A DNA stretch of 64,000 nt from a virus (lineage: Duplodnaviria > Caudoviricetes): the IMG/VR virus record IMGVR_UViG_2773857666_000003, positions 7,870 through 71,869 of that record. One strand, given 5' to 3'. Below, one piece after another: positions 1 to 9,951 of this stretch. Made by a program: the position numbers and the translations under genes. Each line of letters opens with the position of its first letter. The first letter of the stretch is position 1. The notes under the pieces were generated by a model. That model worked only from the letters and a program-made list of their open reading frames with translations, was not told the DNA's origin and ran no database searches.

Positions 1-1
1 G

Positions 2-190
2 GCGTATTGCGTCGCTTTCCTGAACCACCCTGCGATCAAGATCGACCGCATCAATTGGGAGAGTCCTCCGGCGTGGGCGACAGAGTGGTCGCAGAATGAC
101 CACGTGCGTTCCGCCGATGGCGTTCCGATCATCCCATCACCTGCAGAAGGGCGACGGGCGCTTTCCGATCTGGGTGGGTCACTGGCATGA
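2..190 (+). CDS. Large terminase subunit (lambda GpA-like), 3' end only
   Basis: Frame 2 is open from the window start (AYCVAFLNHPAIKIDRINWESPPAWATEWSQND...) to TGA at 188-190; lies directly upstream of gpW and portal. Confidence 0.65.
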   Translation, partial: AYCVAFLNHPAIKIDRINWESPPAWATEWSQNDHVRSADGVPIIPSPAEGRRALSDLGGSLA

Positions 191-984
191 GGGATGACGA
201 ATACCCTCGTAGCAGGCAGGCGGCTCGCGAAGCCGGGTTGGAGTTCTACTACACCGGATATGTTTGCTCACATGGCCATCAAACCAAGCGGACTTTGAGC
301 GGTGCATGTTACGGGTGCATCCATGATCCTGACATGATGGCGGCGAAGAACGCACGAAGGCGGGAGCGTATCGCTACAGATCCCGAACACCGCGAGCGCG
401 AAAACCAGAGGAACCGTGACAGGTGGCAGTCACCTGCTTATCGCGAGCAATGCGCTAGACGGACCAGGGAGCGTTACAACAACGATCCAGAATACCGCAC
501 TGCTGTGCGATCTTACCACCAGGCATATCTGGACAAGAACCCTGAAAAACGGGAAGCGTTAAACGCGCGCCAGCGTGAAGCATACGCGAAAAATCCCGAA
601 CCGGTCCTGGCTCGCACCTCACAATGGGCAAAGGAAAACCGTGAACGCAAGAATGCGGCGTGGAAAAGATACGTTGGCAAAAAGAATGATGCGTCCCCAC
701 AATGGTTGACCGATCGACAGTGGGAGGAAATCGATCGGTTGTACGACCTAGCGGTTGATATGAGCACCTTTTCCGGTGAACTTCACACCGTCGATCACAT
801 TATCCCACTCCGGGGTCGAACTGTTTGCGGTCTTCATGTACCTTGGAATCTTCGCATCCTGAGTCAGTCGGAAAACTCGAAGAAGAGTAACAAGCTGCCG
901 CCACCCGAAGACTGGTTAGCACCGACTGAGGCGAACGGTCAGCGCAGCGGCGCGGATGACTTCGATCTACTCCTGGCAGCCTGA
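187..984 (+). CDS. HNH endonuclease with N-terminal Cys/His zinc-binding motif
   Basis: HTVDHIIPLRGRTVCGLHVPWNLRILSQSENSKKSN HNH motif; N-terminal YYTGYVCSHGH..R....CYGC. Confidence 0.9.
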   Translation: MRDDEYPRSRQAAREAGLEFYYTGYVCSHGHQTKRTLSGACYGCIHDPDMMAAKNARRRERIATDPEHRERENQRNRDRWQSPAYREQCARRTRERYNNDPEYRTAVRSYHQAYLDKNPEKREALNARQREAYAKNPEPVLARTSQWAKENRERKNAAWKRYVGKKNDASPQWLTDRQWEEIDRLYDLAVDMSTFSGELHTVDHIIPLRGRTVCGLHVPWNLRILSQSENSKKSNKLPPPEDWLAPTEANGQRSGADDFDLLLAA

Positions 985-991
985 AATAATT

Positions 992-1067
992 TCAACCCGC
1001 TGTTGACAAACCCTCAACCGACCTGCTACAGAATCACGCACTAGTTGCATATCCACGTGTTACGTGA
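992..1067 (+). promoter_or_regulatory. Promoter for head genes with array of 15-bp operator-like boxes
   Basis: TTGACA at 1003-1008 and GCTACAG at 1025-1031; boxes at 992 (TCAACCCGCTGTTGA), 1034 (TCACGCACTAGTTGC), 1053 (CCACGTGTTACGTGA). Confidence 0.6.
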
Positions 1068-1080
1068 TAACTCACGTGGC

Positions 1081-1305
1081 ATGGCAACCCTTGCTGAACG
1101 TCTCGTAGAGGCTGAAAACGCGTATCACGATCTTCAGATCGGGAAATCCGCGCGCGTCTATGTCGACAGTAACGGGGAGCGCATTGAGTACACGGCAGCC
1201 AACCGCGCCGAACTCCAGAAATATATTCAGTCACTGAAAGCTGAGATCGCAGCAGAAGCCGGCACCCCGCTGCCGAGCGGCCCGATGAGGCCGTTCCTGC
1301 TGTGA
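1081..1305 (+). CDS. Head-tail joining protein (lambda gpW-like)
   Basis: AENAYHDLQIGKSARVYVDSNGERIEYTAANRAELQKYI is gpW-like; directly upstream of portal. Confidence 0.85.
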   Translation: MATLAERLVEAENAYHDLQIGKSARVYVDSNGERIEYTAANRAELQKYIQSLKAEIAAEAGTPLPSGPMRPFLL

Positions 1306-3023
1306 CGGATGACTTCGACGCCCTGCTGAGCGATGGTCTCCCCCTGCCGTCGCGCACCGCAGCGCCCGGCGGTTCGGTGACGGTCCCCGCCGCGCCGTCG
1401 GGCGATATGGCGATGGGTGCCTTCGAAGGCGCTGATCGGCTGAACAGCCAGATCGCGCTGTGGTCGCCGCCGGTCCAGTCGGTAGATGCCGACATCCTTC
1501 CGGAAAAGCAGACGGTGGACGCGCGCTCGCGCGACATGATGCGGAACGACGCCTTCGTGCAAGGCGGCGGCAATCTGCACAAAGACAATATCGTCGGTGC
1601 CCATTACCTGCTCAACGCGCGTCCGGCGTCGAAGACGATCTTCGGCAAGCAGGACGATAAGTGGGAAGAGGAGTTTCAGGAGGAAGTCGAGGAGAAGTGG
1701 GAACTCTACTCCGACTCCCCTGACTGCTGGGTCGACGCGGCCCGGATGAACAATTTCACGGCGCACGTCCGCATGGCGGTCGGCATCCACCTGATGGCAG
1801 GCGAGATGCTGGCAACCGTTGAGTGGGTGCGCGACGACGGGGCACCGTTCAACACGGCCATCCAGATGATCGAACTCGATCGTCTCAGCACCCGGCTCGA
1901 TGATCCGTCGTCGATGATGGACCCGAATGTCCGCGGCGGCGTGCGTTTCAACGCTCGCGGTGCGCCGACGGCTTACCAGATCCGCACCTACCAGTTGAAC
2001 GACTACGGCCCCCTACCCTTCCAGATGCCAACCTGGAAGGAAGTGGAAGCCCGTAAGCCGTGGGGCCGGCAGCAGGTCATTCACTTGTTCGAGAGCATTC
2101 GCCCCGAGCAGACGCGCGGCATCACTGAGATGGCCGCCGCGCTGAAGGCGATGAAGATCACGCACACCTGGCGCGACATCAATGTGCAGCACGCGCTGAC
2201 GCAGGCGATGTATGCCGCGGCGATCACCTCCGACCTGCCGAGCGAACAGGTTTTCGCACAGCTTGGCGGTGGCGCAGCAACACCCGATGCCGTGTCGGCA
2301 GCCATCACCAACTATGCGGAAGGTTACCTGTCGAGCATCGCCAGTTACGTCGGTAACGCGCGCGGCCTGCAGATCGATAACGTTAAAATCCCGCATCTTT
2401 TCCCGGGCACCAAGCTGGATCTGCTGTCGCCGGGCAAAGGTGGTCCGCTCGGCACGGAGTTCGAGCAGTCGCTGCTGCGGTACATCGCTTCGGCGATGGG
2501 CGTGTCCTACGAACAGCTCAGCCGCGACTACACCAAGACGAACTACTCGTCGGCCCGCGCAGCGATGAACGAAACCTGGAAGTTCATGCAGTCGCGCAAG
2601 AAGATGATCGCCGATCGCTTCGCGTCGATCGTTTACAGGCTCTGGCTGGAAGAGGCTATCAACAAGGGTGAAATCACGTCGCTGCCGCGCGGAGCTGCCG
2701 GGCTGCTGTACACCAGTGGGCGGCTGAACCTGAAGTTCGATGCGATCAGCCGCTGTGACTGGATCGGCGCCTCGCGCGGGCAGATCGACGAGTACAAGGA
2801 AACGCAGGCCGCGGTGCTGCGCATCAACTCGGGGCTGTCCACCGCTGAGGACGAACTGGCCCGTCTGGGTAAGGACTGGCGCTCCGTCTACCGCCAGCTT
2901 CGCCGTGAAGCCGAGATGCGCAAGGCGCTCGGTCTCATCTTCACGCCGTCGGAACTCACCGAGCAAGAAGCCGCACTCATGGCCTCCGACAACGACTCCA
3001 ACCAACAGGATGAGGCCGCATGA
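1302..3023 (+). CDS. Portal protein, lambda family
   Basis: RSRDMMRND, RPEQTRG, YEQLSRDYTKTNYSSARA and IDEYKE motifs of lambda-type portals. Confidence 0.95.
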   Translation: MTDDFDALLSDGLPLPSRTAAPGGSVTVPAAPSGDMAMGAFEGADRLNSQIALWSPPVQSVDADILPEKQTVDARSRDMMRNDAFVQGGGNLHKDNIVGAHYLLNARPASKTIFGKQDDKWEEEFQEEVEEKWELYSDSPDCWVDAARMNNFTAHVRMAVGIHLMAGEMLATVEWVRDDGAPFNTAIQMIELDRLSTRLDDPSSMMDPNVRGGVRFNARGAPTAYQIRTYQLNDYGPLPFQMPTWKEVEARKPWGRQQVIHLFESIRPEQTRGITEMAAALKAMKITHTWRDINVQHALTQAMYAAAITSDLPSEQVFAQLGGGAATPDAVSAAITNYAEGYLSSIASYVGNARGLQIDNVKIPHLFPGTKLDLLSPGKGGPLGTEFEQSLLRYIASAMGVSYEQLSRDYTKTNYSSARAAMNETWKFMQSRKKMIADRFASIVYRLWLEEAINKGEITSLPRGAAGLLYTSGRLNLKFDAISRCDWIGASRGQIDEYKETQAAVLRINSGLSTAEDELARLGKDWRSVYRQLRREAEMRKALGLIFTPSELTEQEAALMASDNDSNQQDEAA

Positions 3024-4342
3024 GCAACCCGCTGATCGCACGATTTGCCGGGGAGCCGGCGCTGATCGCGGAGTCGATGTCCGAGCGGTTCGAGTCTTGC
3101 CTGGCGCAGGCTGTCGCGCATCCGAACTTCGCCGAAGCGATGGCGGAACGCGCGGACACCACCGATGACTTCTGGTCGGCGCCACAGGGAACGTGGCGCG
3201 CAAGCCTGCGCCCGTACAATGTGCAAAACGGCATCCTGCAGATCCCGGTCAAGGGAGTCCTGCTGCATGACTTCCCGTATGCCTTCGGTGATTGGGCGAC
3301 CGGCTACGATTACATTTGGCGCGCATTCCAGCGTGGCTGCGGCGACTTCGCGACCGGCGCCATCAAGGGCATCGCGTTCATCTGCGACACCCCTGGCGGC
3401 ATGGTCGCTGGCTGCTTCGACGCCGTGGACAAGATGGTGGCGCTGAAGGAGGATGTCGGCGTTCCGGTTCGCGCCTTCGCGCACGAGTCAGCTTATTCTG
3501 CCGGTTACGCGATTGCGACCGTGGCCGACCACATCGTCGTCAGCCGCACCGGCGGCGTCGGTTCGGTCGGTGTCGTCACCACGCATACCGATGTGTCCGG
3601 TGCGATGGAGCAGCGCGGCGTCAAGGTCACCTTCATCGCCAGCGATCCGTCGAAGGTCGAAGGTAACCCCTACGAGCCGCTGTCGGCCGACGCCAAGGCG
3701 CGCATCCAGGCTCGCATCGACGAACTTTACGAGATCTTCGTGTCCGCCGTGACGCGGAGTCGTCCTGTGTCAGCAGAAGACCTGCGGGAAACCCTGAAGG
3801 CTCACTGTTTCACCGCGACGCAAGCAACGTCCAACGGCCTCGCCGACAGCGTCGGTAGCCCGGAAGACGCCATGTCCGCTTTCGCGGGCTTCCTGGACGA
3901 CCAGTCCGACAACAATGGAGATGACGATATGGCGGAAGCCAACACGTCGGCGGTCGATCAGGCCGCCCTTGATGCTGCACGCGCCGAGGGCCGTGCAGAA
4001 GGTGAGCAGGCGGCTACCGCTGCTGCCACCGCCATGCAGGAGCGCATCGGCGCCATCCTGTCGAGCGACGAGGCGAACGGCCGCGAAGATCTCGCGAAGC
4101 ACTTCGCGTTCAAGACCGGCATGTCGGCTGACGACGCGATTGCCGCGCTGGCCGCTGCCCCCAAGACTGTCGCCGCACCCGCTGCCGAGCAGACCGGTGG
4201 CCAGTCGTTCGAGCAGGCGATGTCGGTGGGCAACCCCGAAGTCGGCGGCGGTGATCGTGCCGAAGCGGGCGATGAGGCTGCCGGCGGCGAACAAGCCGAC
4301 ATCCTGGCTTCGCTGAAGTCCCTTGGCGTCATTGGCGCCTAA
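3020..4342 (+). CDS. Prohead maturation protease (S49/SppA) with C-terminal scaffold
   Basis: DTPGG, AYSAGYAIA, GGVGSVGV S49 motifs; Ala-rich scaffold-like C-terminus. Confidence 0.92.
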   Translation: MSNPLIARFAGEPALIAESMSERFESCLAQAVAHPNFAEAMAERADTTDDFWSAPQGTWRASLRPYNVQNGILQIPVKGVLLHDFPYAFGDWATGYDYIWRAFQRGCGDFATGAIKGIAFICDTPGGMVAGCFDAVDKMVALKEDVGVPVRAFAHESAYSAGYAIATVADHIVVSRTGGVGSVGVVTTHTDVSGAMEQRGVKVTFIASDPSKVEGNPYEPLSADAKARIQARIDELYEIFVSAVTRSRPVSAEDLRETLKAHCFTATQATSNGLADSVGSPEDAMSAFAGFLDDQSDNNGDDDMAEANTSAVDQAALDAARAEGRAEGEQAATAAATAMQERIGAILSSDEANGREDLAKHFAFKTGMSADDAIAALAAAPKTVAAPAAEQTGGQSFEQAMSVGNPEVGGGDRAEAGDEAAGGEQADILASLKSLGVIGA

Positions 4343-4357
4343 GCCGGAGAACCGAAC

Positions 4358-4822
4358 ATGGCAAACGTTCCCACGAGCTACAAGAACGCCGGCGCCTACG
4401 GGCTTCCCGCGTTCGAGACGCTGGACACCTATACCCAGCAGAACCTGATGGCAGGCGCCGAACCGGCGCTGCGCCCGGCGACCCGCTTCCTTCTGGCTGA
4501 CAGCCTCACGCTGGCGCAGTTCACCGTGGTCGGCCTCGACTCCAGCGGCAAGCTGGTCAAGGCGGCGTACAACGCCACCCTCGGCAGCGCCGTAAAGCCG
4601 ATCGGCGTCCTGGTTCACGCGGCGACCTCGGGTTCGTCCAACACCACGATCTACGGCGAAGTGTGGCTCACCGGCTGCTTCAACGCCGATGCCGACAGCC
4701 CGCTGGTCTGGGACTCGACCTTCGACACGCTCGCCAAGAAGACGACCTGGGTCGGTCTTCCGGTGTCGCAGGGCAACCCGAACCTGGTGTTCCGCAGCCG
4801 CGCCGGCGGCAACGCCTCCTAA
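4358..4822 (+). CDS. Head decoration protein (lambda gpD-like)
   Basis: Between protease and capsid; IGVLVH...GCFNADA..LVW pattern. Confidence 0.75.
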   Translation: MANVPTSYKNAGAYGLPAFETLDTYTQQNLMAGAEPALRPATRFLLADSLTLAQFTVVGLDSSGKLVKAAYNATLGSAVKPIGVLVHAATSGSSNTTIYGEVWLTGCFNADADSPLVWDSTFDTLAKKTTWVGLPVSQGNPNLVFRSRAGGNAS

Positions 4823-4850
4823 CCCGCAGCCATAGACAAGGAGTCAAGAG

Positions 4851-5936
4851 ATGGCGAATCCGTATGAGCTGTGGCAGACCCACACGCTTCTGGCATCTTC
4901 GCGGCCGAAGAAGCCCGAGAACTGGTACTTCAGCCAGTTCTACGCCCCTGACAACACGCTGCTGATCGACGACGAGTGGATCGACCTGGAAGATCTGCCG
5001 CTGGAAGGTCGCGAACTGGCCCCCTTCGTTCAGCCGCTCGGTCGAGGCCACTCGATCTATGTCGACAGCGCGACCCACTCGCGCTTCAAGCCGGCATACT
5101 CGATTGTCCAAGAGGACATCGGCCCGCTCGATGGCCTCAGCGTCACCGCCGGCATTGACCCGTCGGTCATCGATTCCGGTCGCCGCCTGACGATCCTGGA
5201 TCGCCGTCGCGCGCTGAAGGCGAAGAAGGCACAGGCCGCCCGCAAGTCGGTCGAGCGCACCTGGGAATGGCTCCGCGCCAAGTCGATCATCGACGGCAAG
5301 GTGACCATCGTCTACAAGGACGGCACCTCCGTCCTGGTCGACTTCCAGCGCAACAGCAACCACACCGAAACGCTGACCGGCGCCAACTGCTGGGGTCAGA
5401 GCGGCGTGTCGATCATGGATCATATCCAGGAAATCTGCGACTCCATGAACGATGCCGACTTCGGTGGTCTGCCGACGCGCATGACCATGGGCGGAAACGT
5501 CTGGTCAGTGCTGCGCAAGGACGCCGAGTTGAAGGAGCACATGGATATCAACATCCGTGGTGCGGCTGCGACGATCGAACGCGGCATCGTCGCCGGCGCT
5601 GACGGTTCCAAGGTCTACAAGGTTGGCGAACTGTCGATCGGCGGCGGCAGCGGTGCCACCATCGAGATGTGGGTCAACAACGAAACCTACTCGTCGGGCA
5701 CCCGCTACCTCGGTGCCAAGGAAGTGGTGTTCACCAGCACTGCCGACGCGATCCGCGGCTTCTCCTGCTTCGGTCGCATCATCGACGGTGACGCCGACTA
5801 CCAGGCCATGCCGATCTTCCCGAAGAACTTCGTCTCCGGCGACGACGTGAAGACGGAGCACATGTCCTTCAAGTCGGCCCCGCTGTTCCCGGTGCTCTCG
5901 CCGGACGCCACCTACAAGGTGACCCCGCTCGACTAA
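4851..5936 (+). CDS. Major capsid protein (lambda gpE family)
   Basis: LAPFVQP, FKPAY, VDFQR, KSAPL motifs; 361 aa; followed by a hairpin. Confidence 0.92.
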   Translation: MANPYELWQTHTLLASSRPKKPENWYFSQFYAPDNTLLIDDEWIDLEDLPLEGRELAPFVQPLGRGHSIYVDSATHSRFKPAYSIVQEDIGPLDGLSVTAGIDPSVIDSGRRLTILDRRRALKAKKAQAARKSVERTWEWLRAKSIIDGKVTIVYKDGTSVLVDFQRNSNHTETLTGANCWGQSGVSIMDHIQEICDSMNDADFGGLPTRMTMGGNVWSVLRKDAELKEHMDINIRGAAATIERGIVAGADGSKVYKVGELSIGGGSGATIEMWVNNETYSSGTRYLGAKEVVFTSTADAIRGFSCFGRIIDGDADYQAMPIFPKNFVSGDDVKTEHMSFKSAPLFPVLSPDATYKVTPLD

Positions 5937-5943
5937 GCCCTCG

Positions 5944-5971
5944 TTGGCGGGGCCGAACTGCGCCCCGCCAA
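5944..5971 (+). terminator. Stem-loop after major capsid gene
   Basis: TTGGCGGGGC-N8-GCCCCGCCAA perfect 10-bp stem; no clear U tract. Confidence 0.6.
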
Positions 5972-5989
5972 TCAACTAATAGGTGACCA

Positions 5990-6280
5990 ATGACCGAGAA
6001 AGTTGAATCTGCGAAGCCCGCCAAGGCTGCTGCCCCCAAGGCCGAATCTCCTGCGGCAAAGCCGGTGACGATCAAGCCGCTCTACGCGATCCATCGCATT
6101 GTCTACGGCGACAAGAAGGTTGCTGCTGGCGACACGATCTTCGCCCCGACGACCGAGAAGGAACGCGAAGACATCCTGCGCCTGGGTGCGGGTCGCGAAC
6201 TGAACGAAGTCGAGGAAATCGTGGCCTCGCAGATGAAGTTTGACGCCCCGGCTCCGGCCGCCGGCGAGGACTTCGCCTGA
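5990..6280 (+). CDS. Hypothetical virion morphogenesis protein
   Basis: ORF with RBS in the head-tail region. Confidence 0.7.
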   Translation: MTEKVESAKPAKAAAPKAESPAAKPVTIKPLYAIHRIVYGDKKVAAGDTIFAPTTEKEREDILRLGAGRELNEVEEIVASQMKFDAPAPAAGEDFA

Positions 6281-6283
6281 GTC

Positions 6284-6658
6284 ATGAGCCGCTTGCGCGA
6301 CATCAAGCGGCATATGCGCGGGAGCCTGCATCAGGAGATGTCGGTTCCCGCGCTCTATATTCCCGCGCTCTCTGCGACCCCGGTGGAAGTCACCGTGCGG
6401 GTCTGGCGGAAGCGCGAAGACCCGGTCACGGGTGAACTGCAGTCGATGCCCGGCGCGGCACAGATGGTAGCCAGCGAAGACCGGCTGCGGTTCGACCTCA
6501 GCGAGATTCCCACAATCCGCCGCAACGCCATCGTCTCCGTGGAAGCGGGTGAGGCGTACCGGATCGACCACGTCTATCCTGCCGATCTTGGGTATCAGAC
6601 GGCGCGGGTTGTCCCGCTGCCCGAAGCCGAGACGTCCGGCCTCCCGGTGCCAGCGTGA
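6284..6658 (+). CDS. Head-tail connector (gpFII-like position)
   Basis: Gene order; beta-rich 124 aa with YRIDHV motif. Confidence 0.65.
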   Translation: MSRLRDIKRHMRGSLHQEMSVPALYIPALSATPVEVTVRVWRKREDPVTGELQSMPGAAQMVASEDRLRFDLSEIPTIRRNAIVSVEAGEAYRIDHVYPADLGYQTARVVPLPEAETSGLPVPA

Positions 6659-7275
6659 GCGGCGACACCTACATCGTCGCCATGGAAGGGGTAGCTGCCA
6701 CGGCTACCCTGGACACAATGGCCGGTGACGTGAAGCGCGCTGCGATGCGCGCCGTCAACTATGCTGCTGGCAAGGCGCAGACCCGCGGCCGGAAGAAGAT
6801 CGCCGCGCAGGTGAACCTGCCCTATTCGTACCTCGCCGGCATGGACAGCAGCGGTCGCGCGCGTCTCGGCATCACGAAGAAGGCCACGGTCGAAGATCCG
6901 GAAGCGGTCATCACCGGTCGCCACCGCCCAACCAGTCTGGCGCGGTTCATCACGTCGAACACCAAGCAAGGAGTCACCGTCCAGGTGAAGCCCGGTGTCG
7001 CCACGCGCAGCAAGCGGATGTTCGTCATCCGGCTGCCGCAGGGGCGCACGCTGACGGAGACCAAGGCGAACCTGGGACTGGCTATCCGGCTGCGCCCTGG
7101 CGAGCAGGTTGAGAACAAGAAGCAGATGGTTCAAATGGCGAGGGGGTTGTACCTCCTCTACGGAGTCAGTGTCGACCAAGTCTATTCCGACGTTGCTGCG
7201 GATGACACGGTCGACGCCTCAGTTGATCTGGAGCGCGAGTTCTTGCGCCTGATAAAGCTGGGGGACGCAATATGA
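6655..7275 (+). CDS. Tail completion/neck protein (lambda gpZ-like)
   Basis: Basic; AMRAVN, RPTSLARF, LYLLYGVSVDQV; gene order. Confidence 0.7.
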   Translation: MSGDTYIVAMEGVAATATLDTMAGDVKRAAMRAVNYAAGKAQTRGRKKIAAQVNLPYSYLAGMDSSGRARLGITKKATVEDPEAVITGRHRPTSLARFITSNTKQGVTVQVKPGVATRSKRMFVIRLPQGRTLTETKANLGLAIRLRPGEQVENKKQMVQMARGLYLLYGVSVDQVYSDVAADDTVDASVDLEREFLRLIKLGDAI

Positions 7276-7871
7276 GCGACTTCAGCAACGCAGTACAGCG
7301 CTGCCGTCCTCACCGTGAACTGGCTCGCCGTGCAGGTGAACCCTACTACTTCACCGGTCGGCCCTGCAAGCACGGCCACATTGCGAAGCGTCACACGGTT
7401 GATGCGTCTTGCGTCGAATGCCGCTGGGTATTCAAGGAAGGCTACCGCGAAGAGGCTGCGCAGTACGCCCGCGATCGCCGCGCATCAATGACGCCTGATG
7501 AAAAGGCTGAGTACGATGCTCGCCAGGCTGAGTATCGTCGCAACGAACGGTTACGCAATCCAGAAGGGGTTCGTGCCCGTGAGCGCGTCCATGGGCGCCT
7601 AAAGCGTCAAAGATATCCGGAACGCAAACTGGCGGAAGTTCGCGCCCGCCAGGCGGCGAAGATGCAGCGCACTCCCCCGTGGGCCGACCTGCAGGTGATT
7701 CGCGACTTCTACGAGAATTGCCCGGAAGGTCACGAAGTTGACCACATCGTCCCTCTGCGCGGAAAGACAGTGTCCGGGCTGCATGTCATCGACAACCTTC
7801 AGTACCTGCCGAAGCAGGACAATCGCCTGAAGGGTAATCGGTTTGACGATAATTGGCAGGAGGCCGCCTGA
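7272..7871 (+). CDS. HNH endonuclease with N-terminal Cys/His zinc-binding motif
   Basis: HEVDHIVPLRGKTVSGLHVIDNLQYLPKQDNRLKGN; YFTGRPCKHGH..R....CVEC. Confidence 0.9.
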   Translation: MSDFSNAVQRCRPHRELARRAGEPYYFTGRPCKHGHIAKRHTVDASCVECRWVFKEGYREEAAQYARDRRASMTPDEKAEYDARQAEYRRNERLRNPEGVRARERVHGRLKRQRYPERKLAEVRARQAAKMQRTPPWADLQVIRDFYENCPEGHEVDHIVPLRGKTVSGLHVIDNLQYLPKQDNRLKGNRFDDNWQEAA

Positions 7872-8038
7872 TGCCCCGCAACATCGACTCCGGCTTCGTG
7901 CAGCTTGGTTGGTTCGACCTCACGGCTGAGGACGCGATCGATCATGGTGTGCGCCAGGCAGACCGCCACCTCTACGAGGTTTTCGTGGTCGGGTTCTTCG
8001 GCGTCGGCACCACTCTCTGCGTGAGGGTCAAACCGTGA
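7871..8038 (+). CDS. Small hypothetical protein
   Basis: 55-aa ORF overlapping both neighbours at stop/start codons. Confidence 0.45.
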   Translation: MPRNIDSGFVQLGWFDLTAEDAIDHGVRQADRHLYEVFVVGFFGVGTTLCVRVKP

Positions 8039-8595
8039 CCACCTATCCCGACACCCTCCCATTCAAGCTGCGCGCCCTGCGTGCGCTGACCGGCGTCCTG
8101 AAGGAAATCACCCCGGCGAACGGCTACGTCTGCGACCTGTCGGACTTCGACCCCGGAGACGGTGCGATGATGGAACGGGTCTACCGCGGCCGCGACACAT
8201 TCGGACCCGGCGACCCGGAAACTATGGTGTCGGTGCTCGAAGGCGTCGAACCCGGTGACGAGGCGGCCGAGCCTCCGGTCAACACGCCGATCGCCACTTA
8301 CTGGTGGTCGATCCTGGTCCAAGGCTGGGTGCCCGACGACCGGGAACATCCGACCGATCCTGCGTACCTGCTGCTGGCTGACGTGCGGCGCCGGCTGATC
8401 GCCGAGAAGTCGCGCAAGCTGCCCGGTAGCCATCAACCTGATCCCCTCGGCCTCGGGCCGGGTAAAAATCGCGTGGAGGACTTGCGGGTTGGCCCCGGCG
8501 TCGTCCGCCCACCCGATACGTTGTCCGACAAGGCGTGGTTCTGGCTCCGACTGGAACTGCAAATCGTCGACAATGCCGCCGACCCCTACGCCTAA
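8035..8595 (+). CDS. Tail terminator protein
   Basis: LKEITPANGY..DLS...VYRGR; directly upstream of the tail tube gene. Confidence 0.75.
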   Translation: MTTYPDTLPFKLRALRALTGVLKEITPANGYVCDLSDFDPGDGAMMERVYRGRDTFGPGDPETMVSVLEGVEPGDEAAEPPVNTPIATYWWSILVQGWVPDDREHPTDPAYLLLADVRRRLIAEKSRKLPGSHQPDPLGLGPGKNRVEDLRVGPGVVRPPDTLSDKAWFWLRLELQIVDNAADPYA

Positions 8596-8649
8596 TTGCT
8601 TTGGGCGCAGAGTCACGTTATACGTGCTTTCACAAGTAAGGAGTGAAAC

Positions 8650-9429
8650 TTGGCACTCAATCTCGGCAATCAGACGCTGGGGCGCGGGGAACTGCACTTC
8701 AGCCTTTTCGCTTCCGGCAGCCACACCCCCGCCGGCTGGCGTTACCTGGGCAACAGCCCTTCCTTCAGCCTCACGATCGACCAGGAAAAGCTGGATCACT
8801 TCAACAGTGATCGCGGCGTCCGCGTCAAGGACAAGTCGGTCATCCTGCAGGTCGACTACAGCGGCTCGCTGACGCTGGACGACATCAACGTCCAGAACCT
8901 GGCGCTGTTCTTCTTCGGCTCGCAGAGCGCGCTGGCACAGACCTCGGCGACGTCGCAGTCGCAGTCGTTCACCAGCGTCGTCCAGGGCTACGGCTACCAG
9001 CTTGGCATCGGCAGCAGCAACCCAACCGGCGTGCGCAGCATCTCCAACGTGGTCGTCACCGTGTCGGCCTCGGCCAAGACGCTCGGCACGGACTACACGA
9101 TCGACGCTGCTCGCGGCATCATCTACGTGGTTGAAGGCGGCGGCATCGCCGACGGCGCAACGATGGCGGTCACCTATGACCGTGCGGCCGTCAACCGCAA
9201 GCAGGTCATCTCGGGCACCACACAGCTCGAAGGCGCGCTGAAGTTCATCTCGTACAACCCGGATGGCGAGCAGAACGACTACTACTTCCCATACGTTCGG
9301 CTCGGCCCGAACGGCGACTTCGAACTGAAGTCGGACGAGTGGCAGCAGCTTCCGCTCACCGTCGAGATCCTGCGGGACACGGCGTACAGCAAGGAAGCGA
9401 TTTACATCGACGGGCAGCCGTACACCTAA
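8650..9429 (+). CDS. Major tail tube protein
   Basis: LGRGELHF, RYLGNSPSF, LDHFNSDRGVRVKD, GDFELKSDEWQQL. Confidence 0.88.
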   Translation: MALNLGNQTLGRGELHFSLFASGSHTPAGWRYLGNSPSFSLTIDQEKLDHFNSDRGVRVKDKSVILQVDYSGSLTLDDINVQNLALFFFGSQSALAQTSATSQSQSFTSVVQGYGYQLGIGSSNPTGVRSISNVVVTVSASAKTLGTDYTIDAARGIIYVVEGGGIADGATMAVTYDRAAVNRKQVISGTTQLEGALKFISYNPDGEQNDYYFPYVRLGPNGDFELKSDEWQQLPLTVEILRDTAYSKEAIYIDGQPYT

Positions 9430-9447
9430 GAAGGAGCCATAGGGACC

Positions 9448-9951
9448 ATGGCTACTGGCCTCCGACATATAGTAAAATCGCAGGCAGAAGTGACGCTCGC
9501 CGATGGACAGAAGTTCACGGTGAGCGCGCTTTCTCCCAACCACATCTTCGGCCTCTATCATCGCCATCGCGGCGAACTCGGCAGCCTCTACGACGCCATC
9601 ACCGGCGGCGCGAAGGACGCGGAGACGATCGCGGCGTTCAGCGTCCACCTGTTCAACAACGCCCCGATGCTGCTGGCCGAAATCATCGCCCTGGCAGCCG
9701 GCGCCAACCCATTCGACGAGTCACCCATCGACCCGGAGAACCCGGAAGGCGTGAACGCGTGGCAGGCTGAGATCGCCGTGGCCGCCGGATTGCCCTTCCC
9801 GGTGCAGACGGACGCGCTGAACAAGATCGGTGAACTGACCTTCACGTCGGAGATGCCGCCGGGAAAGTTTCTAAGCGTCCTGCTCGAAATGATGCGGGGC
9901 GCGCGAACGGTGGTGATGCAGCCGGCTTCGGAGATTTCTACCGAGGCATGA
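9448..9951 (+). CDS. Tail assembly chaperone (gpG-like)
   Basis: Between tail tube and tape measure; contains the slippery heptamer GGGAAAG. Confidence 0.85.
   Translation: MATGLRHIVKSQAEVTLADGQKFTVSALSPNHIFGLYHRHRGELGSLYDAITGGAKDAETIAAFSVHLFNNAPMLLAEIIALAAGANPFDESPIDPENPEGVNAWQAEIAVAAGLPFPVQTDALNKIGELTFTSEMPPGKFLSVLLEMMRGARTVVMQPASEISTEA
9861..9867 (+). other. Programmed -1 ribosomal frameshift site
   Basis: G GGA AAG in frame, the same heptamer as lambda G/T; -1 frame is open to 10178. Confidence 0.85.

Noticed and set aside
3163-3177. DDFW in the S49 protease as another DDF tag
   Set aside because: It is internal and followed by Trp rather than D/E, so it was not counted.
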